Assembly: GCA_054661495.1 (NCBI GenBank)
Contig: BAAFSQ010000129.1
Coordinates: 1-28,001, forward strand
Source: Zygophlyctis sp. KS116
Taxonomy: Eukaryota; Fungi; Chytridiomycota
Length of the DNA: 28,001 nt
Reading direction: 5' to 3'
Positions within the stretch are counted from its first letter, which is position 1. Each line of letters begins with the position of its first letter. The notes under the pieces are model-generated. The model was not told the DNA's origin and did no database searches. It saw only the letters and a program-made list of their open reading frames with translations. Shown piece by piece: positions 12,293-22,647 of this stretch. A program made the translations under genes and the position numbers.

Positions 12293-14728
12293 TTATTTTC
12301 GATTCATAATACGATCAATTATAAAAGCATAATCAGCAGCTACTTCTTTGTAATATGAATATCTTCCAGATGCTCCGAAATGACCAGATCCCATTTTACA
12401 ATCTAATAAAATGTTTGATGAGTCTGACATTAGACTTCTCAGTTTTGCACACCATTTTGCAGGCTCTAGATCATTAAAAACAAAAAATATACCCCAATAT
12501 GCAACACGAGGATCATTAAGTCCTGCTTTAATAAGCAAATGAGGAAACTAAAACATGAGTTTAAGGAAAATACCTTTTCAGATCCCCTTAAATTATCATA
12601 TGGCGAATATGATAAAATATAGTCAAAGAAGTCCTTCTCATTAGGATTACCCCATTCTTCATACTTTCTAATTAGTGGCTAAACAAAATACTTCATTAAT
12701 AGTCAGAGGTATACTAGGATCCATCACTAAATTAAATTAGTAAATATTTAAGTACTTGTGTTAGTTACATCAACAAAAGGCACACCTGCAACTGCAGCAG
12801 CGGCAATATCAGGCTTTAAATTCAAGGTAGCCCCTATCAAGAGACCGCCTGCAGATCTCCCTTCAATCGCCATATGTTCATGGCTTGTAACTTTTGCTTT
12901 TACCAACTCTTCTGCGCACGCTATAAAGTCATAAAAAGTATTCTTCTTATTCTTGAACTTGCCGGCTTCATACCTAAACTTAAAAACCAATTATAAAAAT
13001 ACCATCCACGCCCGCAATCGCCTCCTCCTCTTATATGCGCTATTGCATACACGAACCCACGATCTACTAAACTAAATCTGTAATAGCTAAAAGAAGGATC
13101 GATTGAGATCCCATAGCTTCCATATCCATAAAGTAGGCAAGGATTAGAGCCATTCTTCTTATAGAGAGATTTCTTATATATAATTGAAATGGGTATTTTG
13201 TCTGGTACCGGTGTATTGAAAGGAGCGTCGACTTCAGTTCCAGCCTTCATTGGAGCATATATTCGCTCCATAGCATATTCAGAAGGATCGAATCCCCCAC
13301 AAACATTCTAAAGAAATTGCAAACATAATTAACATACCGTTTTCTTTAAAATAGATTGAGAAAATGTATCCATATCAACTTCCCAGACTTCCTTTGCGGT
13401 TATCATTGATTGATAATTTAAGCGGATAATATTTGAGTCATAATCTTGCTCAACACCAAGTGCAGGTTCAACAAAATACAATGGTTGATGAAATTCCATA
13501 TATCTCCCCGAATTAATATCAATTACACTATTTTTGTCAACTTTGAGAACATAAATGTGTTTCAGAGCATCATAACACTCATATACCACCAGATAATCTC
13601 TAAAAGGACAAATATCAATTAAATTCTTCAAAGGATTGTATGGTAAAATTTCCTTCCAGTTTTCTTGTTCTGTTTGATTCTAATCATGAATAGAAAATAA
13701 TAATTACCAGAGGACAAGCACAGAGCTTATTATTCAAATATTTCCCACCTCCATTTGTTAATATTAAAAACTGTGTTCCTAAATGCTCTACATCATATTT
13801 ATGATTGAGCTCTCTTTTTTGAAATAATTTTGGATCAGAATTTGACTCTTGTCCATCCAAAACCCAAATTTCACTAGTCAAACCAGACGCAGCAGTTATA
13901 AAGATATATTTTCCTGAAGCTGATTTCTTAATCCCAACAATATATTGTTCATCTTTTTCATGAAAAACAACCATATCCTCCTGACAATCCCTTTAAAATA
14001 AAAACAAATAATATACAAAAGAACATGTCTAAAAACCTTATCACTTCTATGAATATGATCTAAAGTAGTATAATATATAGCCTTTGAATCTTGTGTCCAC
14101 TCAAAATCACCACAAGTTTTATGAATTTGATCAGACAACAATTCTCCACTTTCCAAATCTTTAAAGTAAATTGTAAAAAACTCTGAACCATCTGTATCTA
14201 TTGAATAACAAAGTATTTTATGATTTGGACTAACTTGAATTTTCCCTAAATCCATATATTCTAAATCCATTGAATTCTGATCCAACAATACTTGTTCTAC
14301 ATCATCTTTTTTCCTTTGATAGACTGGATATTGTGCATCCTTGATTGTCCTACTATAATAAGAAAATAATCCTTTTTGAACTGGAACAGAAAAATCATTT
14401 TCTTGAATTCTCCCTACAATTTCCTTGTAAATCAAATCCGTCAGCGACTTATTTGGCTCTAAATGAGCTTGGGCAGAATATTCATTTTCACTCTAAACTT
14501 TTTAAAATATTCATTTACCTCTAAATATTGAATTATTTCTAGTCTTTTAGAGCTATTTTGGTCTTTTAACCAATGATAATCATCTTTAATAATATTTCCA
14601 AAGTATGAGTGTTGATGTTCAACTGTTTTTGCTACAGGCACTTTCATTCTAGACCAGAATTTATAATTTTTTAAAGTATTAAACATTCTGCTCAATAATA
14701 CGCCTGATAATGGCTTGATAAGCCTCAT
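12293..14728 (-). CDS. Oligopeptidase B / protease II (S9A family), intact copy
   Basis: DDYHWLKD N-terminus, beta-propeller region, LLYGYGSYG, HIRGGG, catalytic GRSAGG, EYEEWGNP, NDPRV and GHFG. Eight introns of 26-30 nt. Basic, acid-free N-terminal extension resembles a mitochondrial presequence. True start could be a downstream Met. Confidence 0.92.
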
Positions 14729-15024
14729 TCAATTTAATCTTGTATTACTTGCATTCAGCTTTGCTTTTAAAGCTTGATCTCTAAAAGACTCATACATGTC
14801 GTCTGTAGTGTATTTAGATAGACACTTGTTTAATGTATCTTTTTCCTTTAAACATGCAAAATAAACTGTAATTGTACGATGGCTAGTACAATTTACTAAT
14901 TCCTGCATTAATTCTGAACAATGTAGTCTAGCATTTTTCTTAAATTTCTCTCTAATAAAATCCTAATATTAATAATAGAGACTAGTACTTCTTCTCCAGA
15001 ACTTAAAACTGTAATGATTGTCAT
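14729..15024 (-). CDS. CMC1: CMC1-like twin CX9C cytochrome c oxidase biogenesis protein (copy 1)
   Basis: MTIITVLSSGEE, a 26 nt intron, then DFIREKFKKNARLHCSELMQELVNCTSHRTITVYFACLKEKDTLNKCLSKYTT: two exact CX9C motifs with Cmc1-like spacing. Absent from the ORF track. Confidence 0.8.
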
Positions 15025-15181
15025 TGCGTGTGACCTCGACACTCTTTCTAATTCGTACAAGATTTTATCTAGTATCTATGCTTTCTAGTGTCTAGTAGTG
15101 TTCTATAAGTAGTAGTGTTTAGTAGTTTATAATAGATTTTTTAAATATAATAAAGTATCGCTGATTAACTACTTAAGAAAT

Positions 15182-16971
15182 ATGAGAAATGATAAAATAC
15201 TAAATTCAGCAATTATAGAGGATGCTACAGAATTATATCCTCTACAAGATACTAGTATTTCTTGTGAAAATGAGGATTCAGTTCTAAAATCTAAAGAGAA
15301 CATTATTTTATGCAAGAACAAAAGAGAGTTGTTTAGATTTAAAACTCAACCTCAAATAGATGGGAATTTGTCATTGGGGACATTGTTTTATCTACAAAGA
15401 CATGTATTTATGATATTCACAGACGTGATTCTGGTTTTGTTGCTCAGTAATTCTATTTGGACTCTGTATTCAACTGCATTATCTATAGATATATCAATTT
15501 TATCATATCTTGGAGTGTATTGTCCAATATATTTCTCAATTATAAAATGTTTTTGGCATTTAGATGGTAAATTTATTCAATTAAAATATAGCATCATATG
15601 GACATGATAATATACTGTATTATGTAATTAATGGTACAAGGTTGGTTTTGTATTATGGGATATGTTATACTGGTCCATCAGTGTATAATTCTAATGGAGC
15701 TAATCTATTTGCGTTTTCAGTCTTTCTTTCTGCTCAACGATTTCTTGTATTGGTTTTTAAATGTATGTTTTATACTACTAAAAGCAGGTTTTATGGCTTT
15801 TAAATTTAAGAAATTATCATCAAGAAATGTAGTGTTGATGATAACTATGGATTTAATTCCATTATCATTTTATGTTGCTATTGCTGTTTTACAATCAATT
15901 TTAAAACATAGGATGGATTTAATATATCTAATATGGGCATTTGGGATTGTTGCTGATTTTATTACATTGATTGTGATTGATGGTGTAAATGTTTGGACTA
16001 GAACAAATATTAAGCCAGATGATTTAAGTCTAATAGTTTCTAAAAAGACGTATACAGAACAATTAAGTTCAGATCCTTTTGATCGTATGAAAATAGTGAC
16101 TTTAACGGCTTTTGCATGGGGTGGAAGTCAATTGTTTCCAAGTCGTAATGGAGTTGGAATGCCAGATTTATTTGTTTCTATTGATTATAATAATTCAGAT
16201 TTTCTAGTTGGAATGATGGGCATTTTAATAATCTATTTTTTGATGCGATGTTATGTTGCTGCAAGTACTAATATATGTATTTTCAAGGATGATGCAAAGG
16301 ATACAATGTCTAAAAGAGTAAATATTCTAATTGGATTACAAAAACTATTACATGTGTTTATTCATGCAATTTTATTTTTGGTATTGAATTTATTAAAGAG
16401 ATGCATTAAAGATATATGGGATAACTTTAACAGGTTTCCTGGAACAGGATTTTACTTTGATTTTGGAAAGATTACAGGATATCAATTCTCTTTATGGCGA
16501 TCTCTACCATATCCAACACAAGACACGTTTACTAATTTTCTAAGACCTTGGGTGGCTAATCAAACCATGGCTAGTACACCTCCCCCTGGATTGTATTCTA
16601 TTCCTTCTTATATGTCTGGAACATCTCTATTACACGTTCCTCTTATTCAACCAGATGTTGTATTCTGTGTCGCATTAGGACTTTTCAACTTGTTTTTACT
16701 GTTTATACATTGGACAAATCAAGGGATTGAAATTTATCAAAGTAGTCAAGATCCGGTGGATGAATCAATGCCTTTATTTAAATCAATTTTCTTTACAAAC
16801 AATAGCATCATAAAGATAATGAATGCAGCGATTTTCTTTGCAATAGCCCCAATAGACGTAAGATATCTAAATATTCTCTGCAAGATGATCGTCATTACAT
16901 CGACTACGTTTATACAAGTGTTATGGGATGATTCACAAAGAATCTCTGGCTACCAAAGATCTTTTACCTGA
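15182..16971 (+). CDS. Polytopic membrane protein, possibly LtrA (low-temperature requirement A)-like (copy 1)
   Basis: ORFs 15182 and 15631 are joined through two 25 nt introns and an intermediate exon (ASYGHDNILYY...). Many hydrophobic helices. IFTDVILV, YGHD and FDRMKIVTL loosely match LtrA motifs, so the family call is tentative. Confidence 0.65.
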
Positions 16972-17205
16972 TTGGCTCCAAATGTATAATCCCTGATTTT
17001 TAAATAAATATTATCATACTACAATTGTCATTCCTCCTCCAATGATTCCGTAAGCTATCGAAAAGGTTTTTCTAGTGAGCGATCGTATTTCCTTTTTATG
17101 CTTTTCTATTTCCTCTTTTGACATTCCAGCCATCGGATCTTTAAAATGCATGAACCGCCTACTATTTTTCAATGGCGCCAAGCTCTTCAAACTCTTTAAT
17201 AGCAT
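16933..17205 (-). CDS. Small single-TM protein with mitochondrial-type presequence (copy 1); weak resemblance to COX8/COX7c
   Basis: Basic presequence MLLKSLKSLAPLKNSRRF, then HFKD...RKT and a hydrophobic segment completed after intron 16993-17019 (GLYIWSQSGKRSLVARDSL*). The 3' end overlaps the convergent membrane gene. Confidence 0.6.
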
Positions 17206-17248
17206 TGGATTTGCGTTTAATTCTTCCGAAGCCTGCGCGTTCTTCTAG
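17206..17248. promoter_or_regulatory. 43 bp divergent promoter with GCGCGTT and TTGCGTTT motifs (repeated at 22605-22647)
   Basis: Entire space between ATG 17205(-) and ATG 17249(+). CGCGT at 17236-17240. Confidence 0.5.
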
Positions 17249-18314
17249 ATGGAATCTAAAGGGACAATACAGATCTATTGCCGAGTCCGACCGACCAAAC
17301 CTAATGTTCGAATCTCTGATGATAGATACTGGATAAAGAATCCTGAAATTATTGATGAGAATGATCCAGATTCAGTACCAAAACTGGGATTTTTCATTCC
17401 AAAAGATCTTGGCTCAGGCATGATTAACAATCAACGAGAAAATTATGAATTCAAGTTTGATCGTGTATTTGGCATGAACACTCAACAAGGTAATATCTTT
17501 ATTTTAAACATGTAGAGGAAATTTTTGGTAAATTACTAGAAATAATATATAGATGTTGTTGCTAAACCTGTGATTTCTAGGTAATTTCAAGGATCAATAT
17601 GATCTAAACAAGTCTCATTAGATAGCGTGATTGAAGGTTATAATGGGACAATTTTTGCATATGGACAGGTAATCAATTATACAAAAATAACCCATTAGAC
17701 AGGATCCGGAAAAACATTTACAATCACTGGAGGGGCAGAAAAGTATTCTGATAGAGGTATAATACCACGATCTATACAGCACATGTTTAAGGAAAAAAGC
17801 AAGGTAAATTTAATAATTGTAAATTCAAGTCTGATCGGCATTTCGAATTTGCAGTTTCTTATCTAGAAATATATAATGAAATTGGTTATGATTTGTTGGA
17901 TAATTCTAGAGAAGCAAAAAAACTGGAAGATTTACCGTAAATATTCTAATTTTTTAATTATTAGGAGGATTACGCTACAAGAAGATGCGGAAGATCTCAT
18001 TCATTTGAAAAATTTAAGTGTGATTCCAGTTTCAAGTGAAGAAGATGCTCTAAATCTCTTATTTGTTGGTGATACAAATCGTATGATTGCAGAAACGCCA
18101 TCAAATCCTTCATCTTCTAGAAGTCACTGCATTTTCATTATTTCAGTTTCCAGTAGAAGTAATAATGGTGATACTATTCGTAAAAGTAAATTACATCTTG
18201 TAGATCTTGCTGGGTAAGACATTCTAGGCAAATTCATATACTAGTTCTGAAAGAGTAGCTCAATCTGCCATACATGTCCAGGAATGTCGAGCAGCAAAAG
18301 AAATGATGCAATAA
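17249..18314 (+). pseudogene. 3'-truncated KIF6-like kinesin fused to insert-derived tail
   Basis: Identical to 22648 onward up to DLAGSERVA. It then reads into the insert (QSAIHVQECRAAKEMMQ*) and stops at 18312-18314, lacking the rest of the motor and the stalk. Confidence 0.85.
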
Positions 18315-18963
18315 TGATTGCTAAAACTTCTGCTTCCAAAAACACAACTGCCCGAATGATGTCCATACATCCAGGGATGTGGTGCAATCCCATATGAACA
18401 GCATAGCCGAAAAGAAGCAATCCCACCAAATGACCGGAACGATGCCAGTTCAAGTTTGGCTTTTGCTCATGGACGAATTTGACTTGGCATGGTACAAGAG
18501 CGACCATCATTGCACGTTTCAAGCTCGTGATTTTGTACTTTTCCAGCAATGGACGACCTCCAAAAACCAACACAGCATTGCTACATTCCCACAACGCCGT
18601 GATGGCATAAAAAAGAATCGAAGGCAGAAGTTGTCCACCAAAGAGTGGGACCAATAAGAGGGTCTTGTAAATGGCCACGCCAGCGACGCAGGAAGCGGCA
18701 ACTTGCCAACGAGCGACAGACCACCATCTGGATTGGTTAATACCCCAGTCCTGAATATACCAGCCAACCAAGACAGTGATGATATTCATCAACAGATAGG
18801 GAGCGGCTGCCGGGTAACCAACTGCGGCTGGCACGATAGTTCCGGCGAGGATGATAGCGATATATACCAGTTTCAGAAAAGGTCGGGCGTCTTGTTGAGG
18901 CGAGGAGGAAGGAGAAGAGGAATCCGGTGAGGATACAATGAGAGGTTGTTGGTCCTGCGACAT
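18241..18963 (-). pseudogene. 5' part of an intronless polytopic membrane-protein gene carried by the insert (possibly MBOAT/wax-synthase-like), truncated at the junction
   Basis: 234 codons lie within the insert. The last residues ELLFQN* and the stop come from the antisense strand of the host kinesin (18241-18261). Several TM segments; family guess is weak. Confidence 0.6.
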
Positions 18964-19691
18964 TTTGTAGGGTTAGGGTAAAAATTATATAAAGCAGTGA
19001 AAAATCTCCGTCTTCTTTTCTTTTCTAAAAAATGACGTCAACGTCCTCACCCACAACAAGTGAAAGCAGTACTTACTCGATTCATGACCCGCCTGGATAC
19101 ATCAAGCCTTCTTTGCAAGACATGCTCCTCACCGACATTGACGCTGAAGAGTTGTTGACAATCGCAAAGCGACTTGGAGAGGACTACTTGGGGCCAGCAG
19201 CTGAATTCCCAGGTTCCTTTCCGGTTGATGGAAAAATTCATGGAAATAACAAACGTCTCATGGTTTCTCTCTCTTGTTGCTGGGAAGGAAAGAACTCGAA
19301 AGCCATCAACATCATCTTCCTCATCGACACTGGCTCCCCAAATACTTTTTTGTCAGACAAAGCTATGGAGGCACTGGTTGGAAAGCCTGGATGCAATATT
19401 GGCACGATGATGGGTGTCAGGATTCATACCAAGAAAGTTATCGAATGTCATTTATCACCTCATGATAAACACTTTGCGGATGTGAATGTGCTTGGTGCCG
19501 ATTTCTTGGTGGAAAATGGTTTGACATTGAAAGCAAATTATAGCAACAAAATTTGTACTTTGCTGGTTGAGGAAAATGAATAAAACATCATTCCTTTCTA
19601 TATTTACAATGCTTTATATTTCTGATGCTTGGACCATTGAAACTCAAATGTAAAAAAATGGTATCATTCGGTGCTCTATCTATACTACTCA
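18262..19691. other. 1,430 bp unique, compositionally foreign segment between the two duplicate copies
   Basis: Visibly GC-richer (roughly 45-50% in its ORFs vs roughly one third in host genes, estimated by eye). No tiny introns, two divergent ORFs, no terminal repeats or transposase. Confidence 0.9.
19032..19583 (+). CDS. Stand-alone retropepsin-like (clan AA) single-domain aspartic protease
   Basis: Catalytic motif IFLIDTGSPNTFLS plus downstream NVLGADFL (hydrophobic-hydrophobic-Gly-x-Asp). Complete ORF with aaaaATG context and AT-rich 3' flank. No gag, RT or integrase nearby. Confidence 0.8.
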   Translation: MTSTSSPTTSESSTYSIHDPPGYIKPSLQDMLLTDIDAEELLTIAKRLGEDYLGPAAEFPGSFPVDGKIHGNNKRLMVSLSCCWEGKNSKAINIIFLIDTGSPNTFLSDKAMEALVGKPGCNIGTMMGVRIHTKKVIECHLSPHDKHFADVNVLGADFLVENGLTLKANYSNKICTLLVEENE

Positions 19692-20127
19692 TGTTCTACA
19701 TCATCTTTTTTCCTTTGATAGACTGGATATTGTGCATCCTTGATTGTCCTACTATAATAAGAAAATAATCCTTTTTGAACTGGAACAGAAAAATCATTTT
19801 CTTGAATTCTCCCTACAATTTCCTTGTAAATCAAATCCGTCAGCGACTTATTTGGCTCTAAATGAGCTTGGGCAGAATATTCATTTTCACTCTAAACTTT
19901 TTAAAATATTCATTTACCTCTAAATATTGAATTATTTCTAGTCTTTTAGAGCTATTTTGGTCTTTTAACCAATGATAATCATCTTTAATAATATTTCCAA
20001 AGTATGAGTGTTGATGTTCAACTGTTTTTGCTACAGGCACTTTCATTCTAGACCAGAATTTATAATTTTTTAAAGTATTAAACATTCTGCTCAATAATAC
20101 GCCTGATAATGGCTTGATAAGCCTCAT
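19685..20127 (-). pseudogene. 3'-truncated duplicate of oligopeptidase B (N-terminal fragment only)
   Basis: Identical to 14728 downward as far as RKKDDVE. It then enters the insert (HE*) and stops at TAG 19687-19685. Confidence 0.85.
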
Positions 20128-20423
20128 TCAATTTAATCTTGTATTACTTGCATTCAGCTTTGCTTTTAAAGCTTGATCTCTAAAAGACTCATACATGTCG
20201 TCTGTAGTGTATTTAGATAGACACTTGTTTAATGTATCTTTTTCCTTTAAACATGCAAAATAAACTGTAATTGTACGATGGCTAGTACAATTTACTAATT
20301 CCTGCATTAATTCTGAACAATGTAGTCTAGCATTTTTCTTAAATTTCTCTCTAATAAAATCCTAATATTAATAATAGAGACTAGTACTTCTTCTCCAGAA
20401 CTTAAAACTGTAATGATTGTCAT
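20128..20423 (-). CDS. CMC1: CMC1-like twin CX9C protein (copy 2)
   Basis: Duplicate of 14729-15024. Confidence 0.75.
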
Positions 20424-20580
20424 TGCGTGTGACCTCGACACTCTTTCTAATTCGTACAAGATTTTATCTAGTATCTATGCTTTCTAGTGTCTAGTAGTGT
20501 TCTATAAGTAGTAGTGTTTAGTAGTTTATAATAGATTTTTTAAATATAATAAAGTATCGCTGATTAACTACTTAAGAAAT

Positions 20581-22370
20581 ATGAGAAATGATAAAATACT
20601 AAATTCAGCAATTATAGAGGATGCTACAGAATTATATCCTCTACAAGATACTAGTATTTCTTGTGAAAATGAGGATTCAGTTCTAAAATCTAAAGAGAAC
20701 ATTATTTTATGCAAGAACAAAAGAGAGTTGTTTAGATTTAAAACTCAACCTCAAATAGATGGGAATTTGTCATTGGGGACATTGTTTTATCTACAAAGAC
20801 ATGTATTTATGATATTCACAGACGTGATTCTGGTTTTGTTGCTCAGTAATTCTATTTGGACTCTGTATTCAACTGCATTATCTATAGATATATCAATTTT
20901 ATCATATCTTGGAGTGTATTGTCCAATATATTTCTCAATTATAAAATGTTTTTGGCATTTAGATGGTAAATTTATTCAATTAAAATATAGCATCATATGG
21001 ACATGATAATATACTGTATTATGTAATTAATGGTACAAGGTTGGTTTTGTATTATGGGATATGTTATACTGGTCCATCAGTGTATAATTCTAATGGAGCT
21101 AATCTATTTGCGTTTTCAGTCTTTCTTTCTGCTCAACGATTTCTTGTATTGGTTTTTAAATGTATGTTTTATACTACTAAAAGCAGGTTTTATGGCTTTT
21201 AAATTTAAGAAATTATCATCAAGAAATGTAGTGTTGATGATAACTATGGATTTAATTCCATTATCATTTTATGTTGCTATTGCTGTTTTACAATCAATTT
21301 TAAAACATAGGATGGATTTAATATATCTAATATGGGCATTTGGGATTGTTGCTGATTTTATTACATTGATTGTGATTGATGGTGTAAATGTTTGGACTAG
21401 AACAAATATTAAGCCAGATGATTTAAGTCTAATAGTTTCTAAAAAGACGTATACAGAACAATTAAGTTCAGATCCTTTTGATCGTATGAAAATAGTGACT
21501 TTAACGGCTTTTGCATGGGGTGGAAGTCAATTGTTTCCAAGTCGTAATGGAGTTGGAATGCCAGATTTATTTGTTTCTATTGATTATAATAATTCAGATT
21601 TTCTAGTTGGAATGATGGGCATTTTAATAATCTATTTTTTGATGCGATGTTATGTTGCTGCAAGTACTAATATATGTATTTTCAAGGATGATGCAAAGGA
21701 TACAATGTCTAAAAGAGTAAATATTCTAATTGGATTACAAAAACTATTACATGTGTTTATTCATGCAATTTTATTTTTGGTATTGAATTTATTAAAGAGA
21801 TGCATTAAAGATATATGGGATAACTTTAACAGGTTTCCTGGAACAGGATTTTACTTTGATTTTGGAAAGATTACAGGATATCAATTCTCTTTATGGCGAT
21901 CTCTACCATATCCAACACAAGACACGTTTACTAATTTTCTAAGACCTTGGGTGGCTAATCAAACCATGGCTAGTACACCTCCCCCTGGATTGTATTCTAT
22001 TCCTTCTTATATGTCTGGAACATCTCTATTACACGTTCCTCTTATTCAACCAGATGTTGTATTCTGTGTCGCATTAGGACTTTTCAACTTGTTTTTACTG
22101 TTTATACATTGGACAAATCAAGGGATTGAAATTTATCAAAGTAGTCAAGATCCGGTGGATGAATCAATGCCTTTATTTAAATCAATTTTCTTTACAAACA
22201 ATAGCATCATAAAGATAATGAATGCAGCGATTTTCTTTGCAATAGCCCCAATAGACGTAAGATATCTAAATATTCTCTGCAAGATGATCGTCATTACATC
22301 GACTACGTTTATACAAGTGTTATGGGATGATTCACAAAGAATCTCTGGCTACCAAAGATCTTTTACCTGA
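20581..22370 (+). CDS. Polytopic membrane protein, possibly LtrA-like (copy 2)
   Basis: Duplicate of 15182-16971 with identical ORF translations. Confidence 0.65.
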
Positions 22371-22604
22371 TTGGCTCCAAATGTATAATCCCTGATTTTT
22401 AAATAAATATTATCATACTACAATTGTCATTCCTCCTCCAATGATTCCGTAAGCTATCGAAAAGGTTTTTCTAGTGAGCGATCGTATTTCCTTTTTATGC
22501 TTTTCTATTTCCTCTTTTGACATTCCAGCCATCGGATCTTTAAAATGCATGAACCGCCTACTATTTTTCAATGGCGCCAAGCTCTTCAAACTCTTTAATA
22601 GCAT
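22332..22604 (-). CDS. Small mitochondrial-type single-TM protein (copy 2)
   Basis: Duplicate of 16933-17205. Confidence 0.6.
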
Positions 22605-22647
22605 TGGATTTGCGTTTAATTCTTCCGAAGCCTGCGCGTTCTTCTAG

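Larger units (their letters stand above)
14293..18261 (+). repeat. Direct duplication, copy 1 (3,969 bp)
   Basis: Begins tgttctacatcatc and ends gaaagagtagctc. All ORFs recur at +5,399 with identical translations; non-coding stretches spot-checked are identical. Confidence 0.97.

Noticed and set aside
15068-15135. Degenerate TAGTAGTG/CTAGT repeats upstream of the membrane gene (also in copy 2)
   Set aside because: Low-complexity microsatellite-like tract with no regular repeat-spacer structure, so not CRISPR-like.
18379-19465. Several overlapping alternative ORFs in the insert (18379, 18519, 18703, 19047, 19174, 19274)
   Set aside because: Shadow frames expected from higher GC, overlapping the two better-supported ORFs.
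18253-19690. Inverted hexamer GAGTAG (18253-18258) / CTACTC (19685-19690) near the two junctions
   Set aside because: Only 6 bp, not symmetric about the breakpoints, and compatible with chance. Microhomology cannot be judged without the donor sequence.
18262-19691. Insert as a transposon, LTR element or Helitron with the 4 kb repeats as LTRs or TSDs
   Set aside because: The repeats consist of ordinary host genes. There are no TIRs, TG..CA ends, CTRR end, transposase, RT or integrase, and one end truncates a gene.
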